DNA of 46,766 bases, taken from the sequence record SRR16203515_4249; one strand, given 5' to 3'. Under the pieces are notes generated by a model. It had not been told where the DNA came from. It saw only the letters and a list, made by a program, of their open reading frames with translations, and made no database searches. Of this stretch, positions 1-9,759 are shown piece by piece. Both the position numbers and the translations under genes were made by a program. How positions within the stretch are numbered: the stretch's first letter is position 1; each line of letters starts with the position of its first letter.

Positions 1-802
1 CAGCGCGTTGCACTGTTGCTTGTTGCACAGGTGACAGTTTATCCCACACTTCCTTGGAAAATGCGATATAGTTCAAGTCAACCAAGTGTGATGTAAGCGC
101 AATCTGTTTTGTAACTTCATAAAACTTTTGATCAACAACAGTCGGCAAAGGGTTGTCCTGGCCATCTACAGCTCCTGTAGACAAGGAAGTATAAACTTCT
201 GAGAAAGCCAACGGTGTTGGTGATGCACCTAAAGCTGCACCAAGAAACTGCCATGCGTCAGTTCCCGGCATACGAAGATTAACTCCGGCCAAATCTGCAG
301 GTGTTTGCACATCAACTTCATCCCGAGTGAAGCGTAAGTTCACATGGCGTTTTCCGAGATACATCACAGAAAGAAGTTTGACACCAAGCTCTTCTTCCGC
401 TGTTTTTTTGAATGGCTCCATTAACGGATCATTGAAAACGCGTACCTGATGCGCAGCGTCCTGATGAACGTAGCCCGTCGCAAATATTGAAAATTCTGGA
501 AAGAACTGAGCAAGTTCTTGTGCAGACGCAATCGACATGGTCAAATTGCCGCGACTGATGGCTTCAAGCTCAGTGCCCTGTGCGAACATTGTTCCGTTGT
601 AGCCGGGTTGGTAATCTGCAAATTCTGCCACTATTGGGGCAAAAACATTAGCCATCGCCACAGACCGCATATCTGTTTCAGATCCCGATGTTGCCAAAGT
701 GAATGTCATGTCTGCAGCATGCGCCGTTGTCGCTAGACCACCTAGAATACCAGCAGCTGCGACTGCACCCAGTGCAGCTCTTCGTGTAAGTTTATTGATC
801 AT
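1..802 (-). CDS. dctP: TRAP transporter substrate-binding protein (DctP family), runs off the left edge
   Basis: Not in the ORF track. Manual translation from ATG 802: MINKLTRRAALGAVAAAGILGGLATTAHA (signal peptide) ... LRMPGTDAWQFLGAALGASPTPLAFSEVYTSLSTGAVDGQDNPL (DctP motifs). GGGAGG RBS at 810-815. Confidence 0.9.
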   Translation of the reverse strand, partial: MINKLTRRAALGAVAAAGILGGLATTAHAADMTFTLATSGSETDMRSVAMANVFAPIVAEFADYQPGYNGTMFAQGTELEAISRGNLTMSIASAQELAQFFPEFSIFATGYVHQDAAHQVRVFNDPLMEPFKKTAEEELGVKLLSVMYLGKRHVNLRFTRDEVDVQTPADLAGVNLRMPGTDAWQFLGAALGASPTPLAFSEVYTSLSTGAVDGQDNPLPTVVDQKFYEVTKQIALTSHLVDLNYIAFSKEVWDKLSPVQQATVQRA

Positions 803-852
803 CAAGTATCCTCCCGAAATATTTAGGTGCAAAATCGCACCCATCTTGATCA

Positions 853-1956
853 TTACATTTGAGCCGCCTGCAATTCAGCGGCCCTCGTTTTGCCCATGTC
901 GGACGATAGGTGAACCGTTTCACCGGTTCGCGAAGCTCTATGGATAGCGTCAACTACTTCTAAAGTTCGCACTCCTTCTGTGAGAGAAACCAGTGGCTTT
1001 TCATCACCTCTAATGACCCCACAGAAATTTAGAATTTGGTTTATAAGTGGATCTGATTGCTCACATGGAACCGAGGTCGCGGATATAGGCGACCACCAGT
1101 CTGGCTCTTCAATGTGTTTCCAAAGTGTTAAATCAGGAACGGATAATGACCCTTCGCTGCCGCCTATTATATAACTGCTTTGGGATGTTCTGGGATAAAT
1201 CGGATATTCGCTGGAGGTCATTTCCCAACTCCAAGGTGCAACAACACTGTCTGAAACGCTTATTGTACCAATGACATCATTTTCAAAGCGAAGGACCGCA
1301 GAGGCGACATCTTCATTTTCGTAACCTCGTTTTGACAGGCACGCTTGCGCTTGAACGCTTTGCACCTCGCCACAAAGAAACCTGATAAGGTCAATATCGT
1401 GCACTAAGTTTACTGAAACGGGTCCAGCACCTTTTTGCTTTCTCCAAGGAGTCGTATTGAAATAATCATCAGGTTTATAGAACCAACAAGTCCCACTAAC
1501 TGCTCGAATGTCACCAATTCGACCCCCTGCTATTAGTGATTTTGCCTTTTTAATCAGTGGGTTGTGACGTCGGTGATGACCCACTAAGACAGGAACATCT
1601 AGCCCTTTGATGTCGTGCTCAAATCTTTGAGCTGACACAAGATCATCCGACACAGGCTTCTCAATTAAAACTGGGATGCCTGCCGCGATACACTCTAACG
1701 CTTGACTGATATGCAGAACGTTTGGAGTTGCCAGAATGATCCCATCAGGTCTTGCCTTTGCAATCATGTCTGAAAGATTTGAAAAAGTATCTACGTCAGA
1801 AATTTGTATAGTTTCTGTATCTTCCAAAAACGGATCTACGACAGCCACACAACACGCATCTGTGACCTGTTCAATTGCCTTCAAATGTCGTCGCCCAACC
1901 AGACCCAACCCGCACACAGCAAGTTTAACAGTGTTTATGGTAGACAGCGATTTCAA
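853..1956 (-). CDS. Gfo/Idh/MocA family NAD(P)-dependent oxidoreductase
   Basis: GLGLVG Rossmann motif, IEKP, GHHRRHNP, NLVHDID. TTG 1956 chosen as start because it lies 7 nt from AGGAG; the ORF extends to 1983. Confidence 0.85.
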   Translation of the reverse strand: MKSLSTINTVKLAVCGLGLVGRRHLKAIEQVTDACCVAVVDPFLEDTETIQISDVDTFSNLSDMIAKARPDGIILATPNVLHISQALECIAAGIPVLIEKPVSDDLVSAQRFEHDIKGLDVPVLVGHHRRHNPLIKKAKSLIAGGRIGDIRAVSGTCWFYKPDDYFNTTPWRKQKGAGPVSVNLVHDIDLIRFLCGEVQSVQAQACLSKRGYENEDVASAVLRFENDVIGTISVSDSVVAPWSWEMTSSEYPIYPRTSQSSYIIGGSEGSLSVPDLTLWKHIEEPDWWSPISATSVPCEQSDPLINQILNFCGVIRGDEKPLVSLTEGVRTLEVVDAIHRASRTGETVHLSSDMGKTRAAELQAAQM

Positions 1957-2013
1957 ATACATTCTCCTGAATCGTTGCCACAATTAGTGAATTGAAGCAC
2001 TTGAGTAATTGGC

Positions 2014-2067
2014 TACGATATATTTTTTATTTTTGCAATAATATCTTATATTTTTTATTATATCGTA
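2014..2067. promoter_or_regulatory. Candidate GntR operator region in the divergent promoter
   Basis: 9-bp inverted repeat TACGATATA (2014-2022)/TATATCGTA (2059-2067) and 13-bp direct repeat TATATTTTTTATT (2019-2031, 2047-2059). Confidence 0.4.
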
Positions 2068-2117
2068 TATTATTTGATGGATCCATGACTGGAAAAAAGC
2101 AGAAAGCTTGATATTGT

Positions 2118-2777
2118 ATGGACATGAATAAGGCAGCAAATACTGTAAGAACTTCGACATACGAGCGAATAAAGCGGGACATTATTTTTGGTGTTTTGGC
2201 ACCTGGTACAAAGCTCAAACTGGATCGTTTGAAGTCTGAATACGAAGCAAGTGTACCAACACTGCGCGAGGCACTGAACCGTTTGTCAGCAGATGGATTT
2301 GTCCAATCCCCTGAACAACGGGGGTTTCTTGTAACACCTGTGTCCGCAGAAGACTTAACAGAAATTGCGAACCTAAGAATACTGCTGGAGTGCCACGCCC
2401 TCGCGCAATCAATAGAATCTGGGGACACCGATTGGGAAGCGGAGCTTGTCGCCGCTTACCACCGATTAAACCTTATCGAAAAGCGAATGCAAAATGGGGA
2501 AAGTTCTCAGAAAGAACTTTGGAAACGATATGATTGGGAATTCCACCTTGCATCAATAAAAGCTTGCTCTTCTCAAAATCTCTTATCTCTACACTCGACA
2601 ATTTATGACAAATACTTGCGGTACCAAATGTTAGTACTCACATACCGTGGGGAAGCAGCTATCATTGAACACCATGACATTTTCAACGCTGCTCTAGAGA
2701 GAGATAAAAAACGCGCCGTGGCAAACTTAGAAACACATATCAAAGAAGGTTTGATCCATACTCTTGCTGCAATGTGA
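2118..2777 (+). CDS. GntR family (FCD domain) transcriptional regulator
   Basis: N-terminal wHTH (YERIKRDIIFGVLAPGTKL...SVPTLREALNRL); C-terminal FCD (DWEFH...EHHDIFNAAL). Confidence 0.9.
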   Translation: MDMNKAANTVRTSTYERIKRDIIFGVLAPGTKLKLDRLKSEYEASVPTLREALNRLSADGFVQSPEQRGFLVTPVSAEDLTEIANLRILLECHALAQSIESGDTDWEAELVAAYHRLNLIEKRMQNGESSQKELWKRYDWEFHLASIKACSSQNLLSLHSTIYDKYLRYQMLVLTYRGEAAIIEHHDIFNAALERDKKRAVANLETHIKEGLIHTLAAM

Positions 2778-2941
2778 ACCCATTTTCATAAATAGACATA
2801 TGTCCATAGAATGTCGCTGTGGGCGTCGTAAACTAGCGTCAGTCAAAGAGTTGATCGATGGGTTAAGACCTGCTGCTACAATCTACGAATTAGAATAAAG
2901 GTCAAATATTCTTATCGTATTACAGAAAGGAAAGTTTGATA

Positions 2942-3536
2942 ATGGATACGATCCTATGGGGAACTATTCTTTTTTGTTTCCACCGTTTCGATGACTCCTG
3001 GTCCGAATAATTTGTTGCTAGCCGCATCTGGTGCAAATTATGGCTTCATCAAAACCTTGCCTCATATGTGCGGAGTAATCGCAGGTTTTACCATTATGGT
3101 AGTGGCATCTGGATTTGGGCTCGGGATTATTTTGAACGAATTTCCACAAGTGATCTTGCCATTGAAGATTATGAGTGTGTCTTTCTTACTGTATTTATCT
3201 TGGCGAATAGCGACAGGTGGAGGGCATGTTATTGAGGGGAAATCGCAGCCTCTAGCTTTTTTACCTGCTGTATTGTTCCAAACTATTAATCCTAAAGGAA
3301 TATCGTTTTTACTAAGTATTATGGGGGCTCAAGTATCAGACGCCGAACCTTTGCTTCCCCAGCTTATCCCACTGTTTATTCTGTTACCCGCATTTACTCT
3401 ATTGTCCGCAGTTACATGGACTGTGTTTGGCGCTGCTATAGGAAAGCTAATGCAAAGTCAGGGTACACTCAGAGCCTTTAACTTAGTAATGGCTTCACTA
3501 CTTGTGGCTTGTGTCATTCCAATTGCGTTTGGCTAA
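2942..3536 (+). pseudogene. LysE/RhtB family exporter with a +1 frameshift in a T6 run near the 5' end
   Basis: RBS-preceded ATG 2942 reads MDTILWGTILF and then goes out of frame. Removing one T from 2970-2975 joins it to VSTVSMTPGPNNLLLAASGANYG (LysE signature; ORF 2991-3536). Confidence 0.7.
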
Positions 3537-3954
3537 AACTTAATCCTAATCCGTGCCACCAATTTTCTTATGTTGAAGTTCGAGGTCCGATTGCTCGGAT
3601 GATTGCAGACTTTAAATTAGCTTTACCTGTGATGAGCGAACAATCCATCGAAGATATATTCTGGTCGCCAGCCGACTCACAAAACACCAGGCGAGTTAAA
3701 GGGTAAGGCAAAACTGGCAAGACCAGAGCTCAAAGTTGAGATAATCATTATATAACCGCATATTAACTGCAACTAACAATGGTTTATTAACTAGATTCGA
3801 GCCAAGACAATTAAAACCACTGTGTTCTTGCACTAGGTTGCGGACACAGTGTCGGCCCCCGGAATCTCTCTCCAAAAACACGCGAAAAAGTGTGTAGTGA
3901 TGAAGCAAAGTGCCGAGCTACGCGCGCGTGAGGAGCAGCTTTAAATTATCTTTA

Positions 3955-3974
3955 GGGGACAGGATTGGGGACAG
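3955..3974. repeat. GGGGACAG direct repeat, candidate integrase arm-type sites beside a tRNA att site
   Basis: GGGGACAG at 3955-3962 and 3967-3974, about 55 nt beyond the tRNA 3' end. Confidence 0.4.
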
Positions 3975-4027
3975 AAATATACCGCCCGTGATATTTCTTT
4001 TACTTACAAATACATAGGGAATTTTAG

Positions 4028-4104
4028 TGGCGGACCGAGGAGGATTCGAACCCCCGACCCCTTGATTCGTAGTCAAGTACTCTATCCAGCTGAGCTATCG
4101 GTCC
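4028..4104 (-). tRNA. tRNA-Arg(ACG)
   Basis: Reverse complement GGACCGATAGCTCAGCTGGATAGAGTACTTGACTACGAATCAAGGGGTCGGGGGTTCGAATCCTCCTCGGTCCGCCA: 77 nt, anticodon ACG, TTCGAAT T-loop, encoded CCA. Confidence 0.98.
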
Positions 4105-4115
4105 GTGGAGCCGTG

Positions 4116-4144
4116 AACTAATTGGTTGCGGTTGGCTTTGCAAG
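4116..4144 (-). promoter_or_regulatory. Sigma70-type promoter of tRNA-Arg
   Basis: CTTGCA-N17-TTAGTT on the minus strand, just upstream of the tRNA. Confidence 0.5.
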
Positions 4145-4189
4145 GGCAAAAATGTAAAATTTGGCAAAAAACTCAGAGGCCGCGCAGTT

Positions 4190-5563
4190 CTAAATTTCCC
4201 CCTTGGGCAAAGTGATTTGAAAGCACGCGCCATTTTCAGAGTTATCCTGTAGCTGAAGCGTACCACCGTGCCCTACAACCAACTCGTGCGCGATTGCCAA
4301 ACCCAGTCCACTGCCCTCGCGCTTGGTCCCGCCACTGAATGGGTGAAAGAGGTGCTCAACCGCTTTCTGCGGTAACCCCGGACCGTTATCACGAATTGTG
4401 ATCGTCCAGTTGGCCTCGTCTTCGCCTACGACAATATCAATCTGCCCGTGCGATGCGCCAAACGCCTGACGCGCATTGCGGACCAAGTTTTGCAAAACGC
4501 GATACAATTGTTCGGGGTCTGCACGGACCTCGTCCACATTGCAGGTCACCTGAAATTGAATTTGGTTCGCGCTCTCAAGGGCAAGTGTTTCTTGGGTCAC
4601 CACATCGTCGATAATGTCACCCACGCAAAAACGTTGTAGCTGCGGCGTGGGTTCATCGGCGCGTCCGAATGCAAGGGTATTTTCACTCAGTGCGACGGCG
4701 CGGGAAACGGAACGCACCAGTTTGGGTGCCAAACGTTTGACCGCTGGATCATCGCTTTCTTCCAGACGATCAGACAACAACTGAACCGTGGACAAAATAT
4801 TTCTTAGATCATGACTGACCTTGGCGACAGCCTCTCCCAATTGCGCCAAACGCTGTCGCTGACGTAGGGCCGCCGATAATTCAGACTGCAGGCTTGCGAG
4901 GGCGATTTCGGCTTCGTGTAATTCAATCACACTTGCACGCGGTTGAATAATCCGACGCGCATCTTGTGGCGCTTTTTCATATTCGCGCATTGAACGGCCC
5001 AGATATGCAATTGGCCTTACGATCACCCAGCGCACCACAAGGTTCAAAAGCACGGCGGTGAAAATTGAAATAATCGCGGACAACCATAAAATCCGCAGGT
5101 CATAGTCACGCATCGCATGCTGCAGGGGTCCTGCATCTAATGTGATCTCGATCAGGTCACCACCATCCAATTTTGGCAAACCAACAGCGCGGATGATGCG
5201 ATCATCTGTGCACGTCACTTCGTAAAGCGCATCAATGATCAACGTTCCAATTCCGGGATCACGCAAATCATATGTATCCGCAACGGGGGACGGCAACGTC
5301 GAGGACAAGGCCAACTGACGCGTTTCATTGCGAACAAGCGCAACGTTGTAGACACCCGCATTTTGAAGCAGCTCTGCCTCCAACTCTGGGGCGAGCATAT
5401 CATCAGCAAGCAGCGCAAGTGATGCAATCTGCGCACGTTCAATGCGCGTATTCAGATAGTCCACCCGAAATCGCGCAATGGAGGGTACGAAAATCAACAC
5501 CTCGGCCAGCATGACGAAGACAATCGTCAAGATCAGAAACCGACCAGAGAGCGTGTTGAACAT
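4190..5563 (-). CDS. Membrane sensor histidine kinase
   Basis: Two TM segments, H-box SHDLRN, N-box NLVRNA, G1 DNGPG, G2 GSGLGL. Confidence 0.92.
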   Translation of the reverse strand: MFNTLSGRFLILTIVFVMLAEVLIFVPSIARFRVDYLNTRIERAQIASLALLADDMLAPELEAELLQNAGVYNVALVRNETRQLALSSTLPSPVADTYDLRDPGIGTLIIDALYEVTCTDDRIIRAVGLPKLDGGDLIEITLDAGPLQHAMRDYDLRILWLSAIISIFTAVLLNLVVRWVIVRPIAYLGRSMREYEKAPQDARRIIQPRASVIELHEAEIALASLQSELSAALRQRQRLAQLGEAVAKVSHDLRNILSTVQLLSDRLEESDDPAVKRLAPKLVRSVSRAVALSENTLAFGRADEPTPQLQRFCVGDIIDDVVTQETLALESANQIQFQVTCNVDEVRADPEQLYRVLQNLVRNARQAFGASHGQIDIVVGEDEANWTITIRDNGPGLPQKAVEHLFHPFSGGTKREGSGLGLAIAHELVVGHGGTLQLQDNSENGACFQITLPKGEI

Positions 5564-5565
5564 CG

Positions 5566-6963
5566 TTATGGCACCCAGCGTTGTACAAGTTTTACAAACG
5601 ACTTAATCTTGGAATTGTCAAACAAGCGCGGTGTGAAATAAGCGCCAATAAGCTTTTTGTTGATGTCCGATATGGTTGGATAAGGCGCAATTACGCTAGC
5701 GGCCTTTGACAGTTTTAGGTTTTGAGCGATCACAAGTGACCAAAAGTGGATCAATTCACCTGCCTGCGCACCAACAATTGTTGCGCCGTGCACACGGCCA
5801 TTTTTCACCCAAATCTGCGCGAACCCATCGGTACGTGCTCCTGCAATTGCGCGATCCAATCCATCATAAGTCACACGATATGTATCGATGCCCGCACCAT
5901 CCGAAATGTCCCCCACACTGGCAACTTCTGGATCGCAATATGTAACCCTTGGGATGTGGTCTTTTCTGACCTTGGCAGGCAGGCCAAACAAGGCAGAGCG
6001 CACAATCAAGGACGCATGATACCCTGCAACATGGGTGAACTGTTCCTGTCCAATGACATCACCAATTGCATAAACGGCACGGTTGGTCGTGCGCAAGCTA
6101 TCATCCACCCTGATCCCAACATCCGTGGTTTCAATACCCGCTGCAGACAGATTTAGCCCATCAATATTCGCGCGCCGCCCCGTGGCGACCAAAATATGCG
6201 AGCCCTGTATCATTTGATTATCGCCCAAGATAATCGACTTGGTCGCTCCGTTTTCTTTGATGCTGATCACATCACAGTTATCGAAAACCGTAACGCCATC
6301 CTGCAATAATTTCGTGCGCACAATTTCACGTGTTTCTGTGATTTCACGTGGTAAAATTTCAAATCGTTCAATCAACGTTGTTTTGATACCCAGTTGTGCG
6401 TGTGCCTGTGCCATTTCCGCGCCAATTGGCCCACCCCCAATAATGATGAAATGGTCGGGTCGATTGCGGTTTTCGAAAAAGGTTTCGTTTGTGAAATATG
6501 CCACCGCGTCCAACCCATTGATGGGCGGTGCGATGGGGGTCGCCCCAGTCGCAACAACAATTCGTCGCGCAGTTAGGGTTTCTTCGCCCACACGCACTGA
6601 ATTTTTTGATGCAAATTCTGCATAACCACGGATAACGCGAACGCCCAAGCCTTCAAAACGTTCTTGGCTATCATGGGGTTCAATGGCGGCAATAGTTTGG
6701 CGCACATGACGCATGACTGATGCATAATTCACCGTCACATCGTGACAGGACACACCCAAGTTTTGAGCAGATGCTGCGCCCTTGGCACGACGTGCCGCTT
6801 CGATCAGGGCCTTTGATGGGACACAGCCTGTGTTTAAACAATCGCCGCCCATTTCGCCGCCTTCTATCAAAACAACGCGTGCGCCCATTTGCACAGCGCC
6901 CGCAGCAACCGAAAGCCCCGCTGAGCCCGCACCAATAACCACCAGGTCCGTATCAAACTTCAT
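5566..6963 (-). CDS. Pyridine nucleotide-disulfide oxidoreductase (dihydrolipoamide dehydrogenase/MerA-like family)
   Basis: GAGSAG FAD motif, GGDCLNTGCVPSK redox disulfide, GGGPIG NAD motif, YAIGDV; C-terminal PYPT. Confidence 0.88.
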   Translation of the reverse strand: MKFDTDLVVIGAGSAGLSVAAGAVQMGARVVLIEGGEMGGDCLNTGCVPSKALIEAARRAKGAASAQNLGVSCHDVTVNYASVMRHVRQTIAAIEPHDSQERFEGLGVRVIRGYAEFASKNSVRVGEETLTARRIVVATGATPIAPPINGLDAVAYFTNETFFENRNRPDHFIIIGGGPIGAEMAQAHAQLGIKTTLIERFEILPREITETREIVRTKLLQDGVTVFDNCDVISIKENGATKSIILGDNQMIQGSHILVATGRRANIDGLNLSAAGIETTDVGIRVDDSLRTTNRAVYAIGDVIGQEQFTHVAGYHASLIVRSALFGLPAKVRKDHIPRVTYCDPEVASVGDISDGAGIDTYRVTYDGLDRAIAGARTDGFAQIWVKNGRVHGATIVGAQAGELIHFWSLVIAQNLKLSKAASVIAPYPTISDINKKLIGAYFTPRLFDNSKIKSFVKLVQRWVP

Positions 6964-7648
6964 CAGAGTTTCCTTTGTTCAAAATGATCGGCAGCGCCGA
7001 CAATGCCGCCAACCCCAACAGCGGTCCCAGCACATTTGGTGACCAGATAATCGACAAATCGGGATCACCCCCAGTGGCAAGTATCTCTCCCAGACCGACA
7101 CCGATCCATGTATACACAAGTCCCCCTGGCAAAATGCCAACCAAGGTTGTCCATGCAAAATGAATGGTGCGCACACCCACAACAGCGGGTACAATATTGG
7201 CCACAAAAAACGGGACAATTGGGACAAGGCGCAGGATCAAAAGCATGCTGATTTCATGAGTGCGCAACCCACGAAAAAGACGCGCGACAGTCCCATCTGA
7301 TTGGTCAATACGCGCGGCAAGTGCTGAACCAAATCCCAGTCTTATCGCCATAAAAATGGTAATGGCCCCCAATGTCGCCGCAGTCACATTGAAGAGCGTG
7401 CCAAGCCACAAGCCAAACAAAAAGCCCCCAACCAATGACGCAATTGCGGCCCCGGGCAGCGAAAAAGAAACGATCGCAAAATAGATCAAAAGGAATGAAG
7501 CAGCCATCAAAACAGGGTGCTCTTGTCGGTAGGACAACAGACTGGCCTGATTGTCACGCAGACTATCAAGATTAATGTAATCGCCTAATAATAGACTGCC
7601 AAGCACACCACCCAAAACGAGTACTGCAAGTGGAAATAGCTGTTTCAT
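6953..7648 (-). CDS. TVP38/TMEM64 (DedA/VTT) family membrane protein
   Basis: SLPGAAIASLVGGFLFG, LRLVPIVPFFVANI, TTLVGILPG; overlaps the start of the downstream oxidoreductase. Confidence 0.88.
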   Translation of the reverse strand: MKQLFPLAVLVLGGVLGSLLLGDYINLDSLRDNQASLLSYRQEHPVLMAASFLLIYFAIVSFSLPGAAIASLVGGFLFGLWLGTLFNVTAATLGAITIFMAIRLGFGSALAARIDQSDGTVARLFRGLRTHEISMLLILRLVPIVPFFVANIVPAVVGVRTIHFAWTTLVGILPGGLVYTWIGVGLGEILATGGDPDLSIIWSPNVLGPLLGLAALSALPIILNKGNSDEV

Positions 7649-7814
7649 GGTCACCTCATTGCCTCATAAGAAGCCTGCTTTGGGTCAAAATGCCAGTGCC
7701 TTCACAAAGGGGTGATTATTTCTGTTGTTTTGTGAAGAAATATGCCAAAAATCCTTCAAATCTGAAACATAGACTGCCGCTTGCGAAAAAATGTTGCAAA
7801 AGCATTCAGGCGGG

Positions 7815-7843
7815 TTTGACTTATCTTTAGATGCCCCTTATAC
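7815..7843 (+). promoter_or_regulatory. Sigma70-type promoter of the rpmH operon
   Basis: TTTGAC-N17-TTATAC upstream of rpmH. Confidence 0.45.
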
Positions 7844-7909
7844 GCAGCAGCTCAGAATTACATTTGGCGCGAATCTGGTTTTGCGTCGATCAAAAACGGA
7901 GACGGAGCG

Positions 7910-8044
7910 ATGAAACGCACCTTTCAACCATCAAACTTGGTTCGCAAACGCCGCCACGGTTTTCGCTCGCGTATGGCGACAAAGAACGGCCGTAAAATCC
8001 TAAACGCACGTCGTGCGCGCGGTCGGAAGTCATTGAGCGCATAA
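7910..8044 (+). CDS. rpmH: 50S ribosomal protein L34
   Basis: Below the ORF-track cutoff. [44 protein letters not shown]. Confidence 0.98.
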   Translation: MKRTFQPSNLVRKRRHGFRSRMATKNGRKILNARRARGRKSLSA

Positions 8045-8096
8045 TTTACGCGTCATCGACAAAAGTTCCAAGGCACCGCCAGTTAGGAGTGTGAGC

Positions 8097-8492
8097 ATGT
8101 CAGATGGGCAGCACACAAATACCCAGCAAGCGGTGTCTTTTTCTGTTTCTGGCATACAAGTCATTGAAAAGCGTCCCGACTTTTTGCGCGCAGCGCGTGG
8201 ACAACGCCATCATTCCAAAACAGTCATCGTTCAAAAATTTGACCGCAAGGACGGCGCGGGAATTCGCGTGGGTTTCACCTGTTCAAAAAGGGTTGGAAAC
8301 GCCGTGCTGCGCAATCGGACCAAACGGCGTTTGCGGGCGGCCGCACAAATGATTCTGGCACAACACGGTCAATTGGGGTGCGATTACGTTTTAATCGGCA
8401 AAAACGACACTACAGCGAATTTGCCGTTTGATCGACTGCAGTCAGATTTGAAATATTGCTTATCACAACTTGCGCACGAGGGCACGAAATGA
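8097..8492 (+). CDS. rnpA: Ribonuclease P protein component
   Basis: RVGFTCSKRVGNAVLRNRTKRRLR (RNR motif); follows rpmH; ATG 8097 is 7 nt from AGGAG. Confidence 0.95.
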   Translation: MSDGQHTNTQQAVSFSVSGIQVIEKRPDFLRAARGQRHHSKTVIVQKFDRKDGAGIRVGFTCSKRVGNAVLRNRTKRRLRAAAQMILAQHGQLGCDYVLIGKNDTTANLPFDRLQSDLKYCLSQLAHEGTK

Positions 8493-8731
8493 GCCCACTT
8501 GCATGGATATTCTCGCTCCCTGTTAAGGGGTATCGTGTTATCTTTTCGCCATGGGTAGGTTACAATTGTCGTTTTCAACCAACCTGCAGCCAATACGCAT
8601 TAGACGCCCTGAAAGAACACGGCGGCCTGATCGGTGGGTTTTACGCCGCGCGACGTATCTTGCGATGCAATCCATGGGGCGGATGTGGTTATGATCCCGT
8701 TCCGCCCAAAAAAGACCCATCAAACACGTAG
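8489..8731 (+). CDS. yidD: Membrane protein insertion efficiency factor
   Basis: CRFQPTCSQYA...RILRCNPWGGCGYDPVP; ATGA overlap with the rnpA stop. Confidence 0.95.
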   Translation: MSPLAWIFSLPVKGYRVIFSPWVGYNCRFQPTCSQYALDALKEHGGLIGGFYAARRILRCNPWGGCGYDPVPPKKDPSNT

Positions 8732-9659
8732 TGCTAGCCCACCATCCCGCGTTTTGGTGCGGGTTGGAATGGATGTACGATCAATTTCACCGCAAATCGT
8801 CAAATAGACATCTTGCAAAAAATGCGTGTCATCAAAATACCATGTGTGACCGTGGTTGAACGATTCATCGCAAAACCGTTGTCATAATAATCACCGCAAT
8901 GAACATCCGCAACTTTGTCATGCAATGGGAACTCTAATCCACGTCTGCCAGCGCGCGGTGCGACACCAATACGTTTTACGCCAGAAACTGACAGCGCGTT
9001 ATCGAATGGATTGTGGTAATTCGTTAATCGCGCACAATGCCGATATAATGACGATGATTTCGGGTTACCTGCAGCTAATACGAAACTGATACATCCGCAC
9101 CGACCAACATAACCTGGCTAACGTACCAACTTTTTTGCGCGATATCTGCTGTATCGTCGGCATCATCAAATGCCTCTCGCACAACATAGGCCCCCATCGA
9201 ATGCGCCAGAACATGCATGTCGATTTTGCACGCGGGCTCTTGCATTTTTGCGAATGCATGAATGCCATGTTTCACCAACATCAATGCCGACTTTTTGGCA
9301 TCGTGGCGATCCTCAAGATAGTTCAGAACATTATCTGCTGATGGCCAATCAAAACTCACAACAACCCCATCAAAGCCATTGTGTTCCAGCCCGCGCTGCA
9401 ATTTTCGTTGGCGTTCCAAAACGGTTTCCTGGGAGTTATTGTACCTATGCACATAAAATACAATGTCGCCCGTCGTTTGTGTGTTCCGCGTGCCTGAACT
9501 GGCCTGTTCTAAAACGGCGTCGCACCACGTGCGAGGGGACATTTTATGACGAAATTTTGGGCCATCCTCATCGGACGGCACGCCCAAGAAATAAACAGCC
9601 CCTGGTTCATTGCTACATCCATCTGCAGATTTGGAACGGGCAACCAACATATAATCCAT
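8720..9659 (-). pseudogene. DUF900-type alpha/beta hydrolase, disrupted by two frameshifts
   Basis: 5' part has FYVHRYNNS, SFDWPS, LAHSMG and stops at 9075. It continues in a shifted frame (LAAGNPKSSSLYRHCARLTNYHNPFDNAL...) and shifts again near 8880 into GHTWYFDDTHFLQDVYLTICGEIDRTSIPTR...V* (TGA 8720-8722). Confidence 0.8.
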
Positions 9660-9759
9660 AATTAAATCTCCTAATAAAATAGGAGTAATGTACCACATTT
9701 AGTGGATTTAAGAAACAACATTGCTTGTGCAACATCTTTGGATTCAGTACATCGGCAGC

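Noticed and set aside
3537-3950. Integrase remnant, short ORFs, and the CACTGTGT/ACACAGTG hairpin (3818-3851)
   Set aside because: No recognisable recombinase motifs; the hairpin has no promoter or terminator support.
4024-4266. 80-aa ORF from the track
   Set aside because: It overlaps tRNA-Arg and the kinase 3' end; spurious.
5566-6963. Mercuric reductase merA or lpdA
   Set aside because: No C-terminal Cys-Cys, no mer genes, and no HPT catalytic His.
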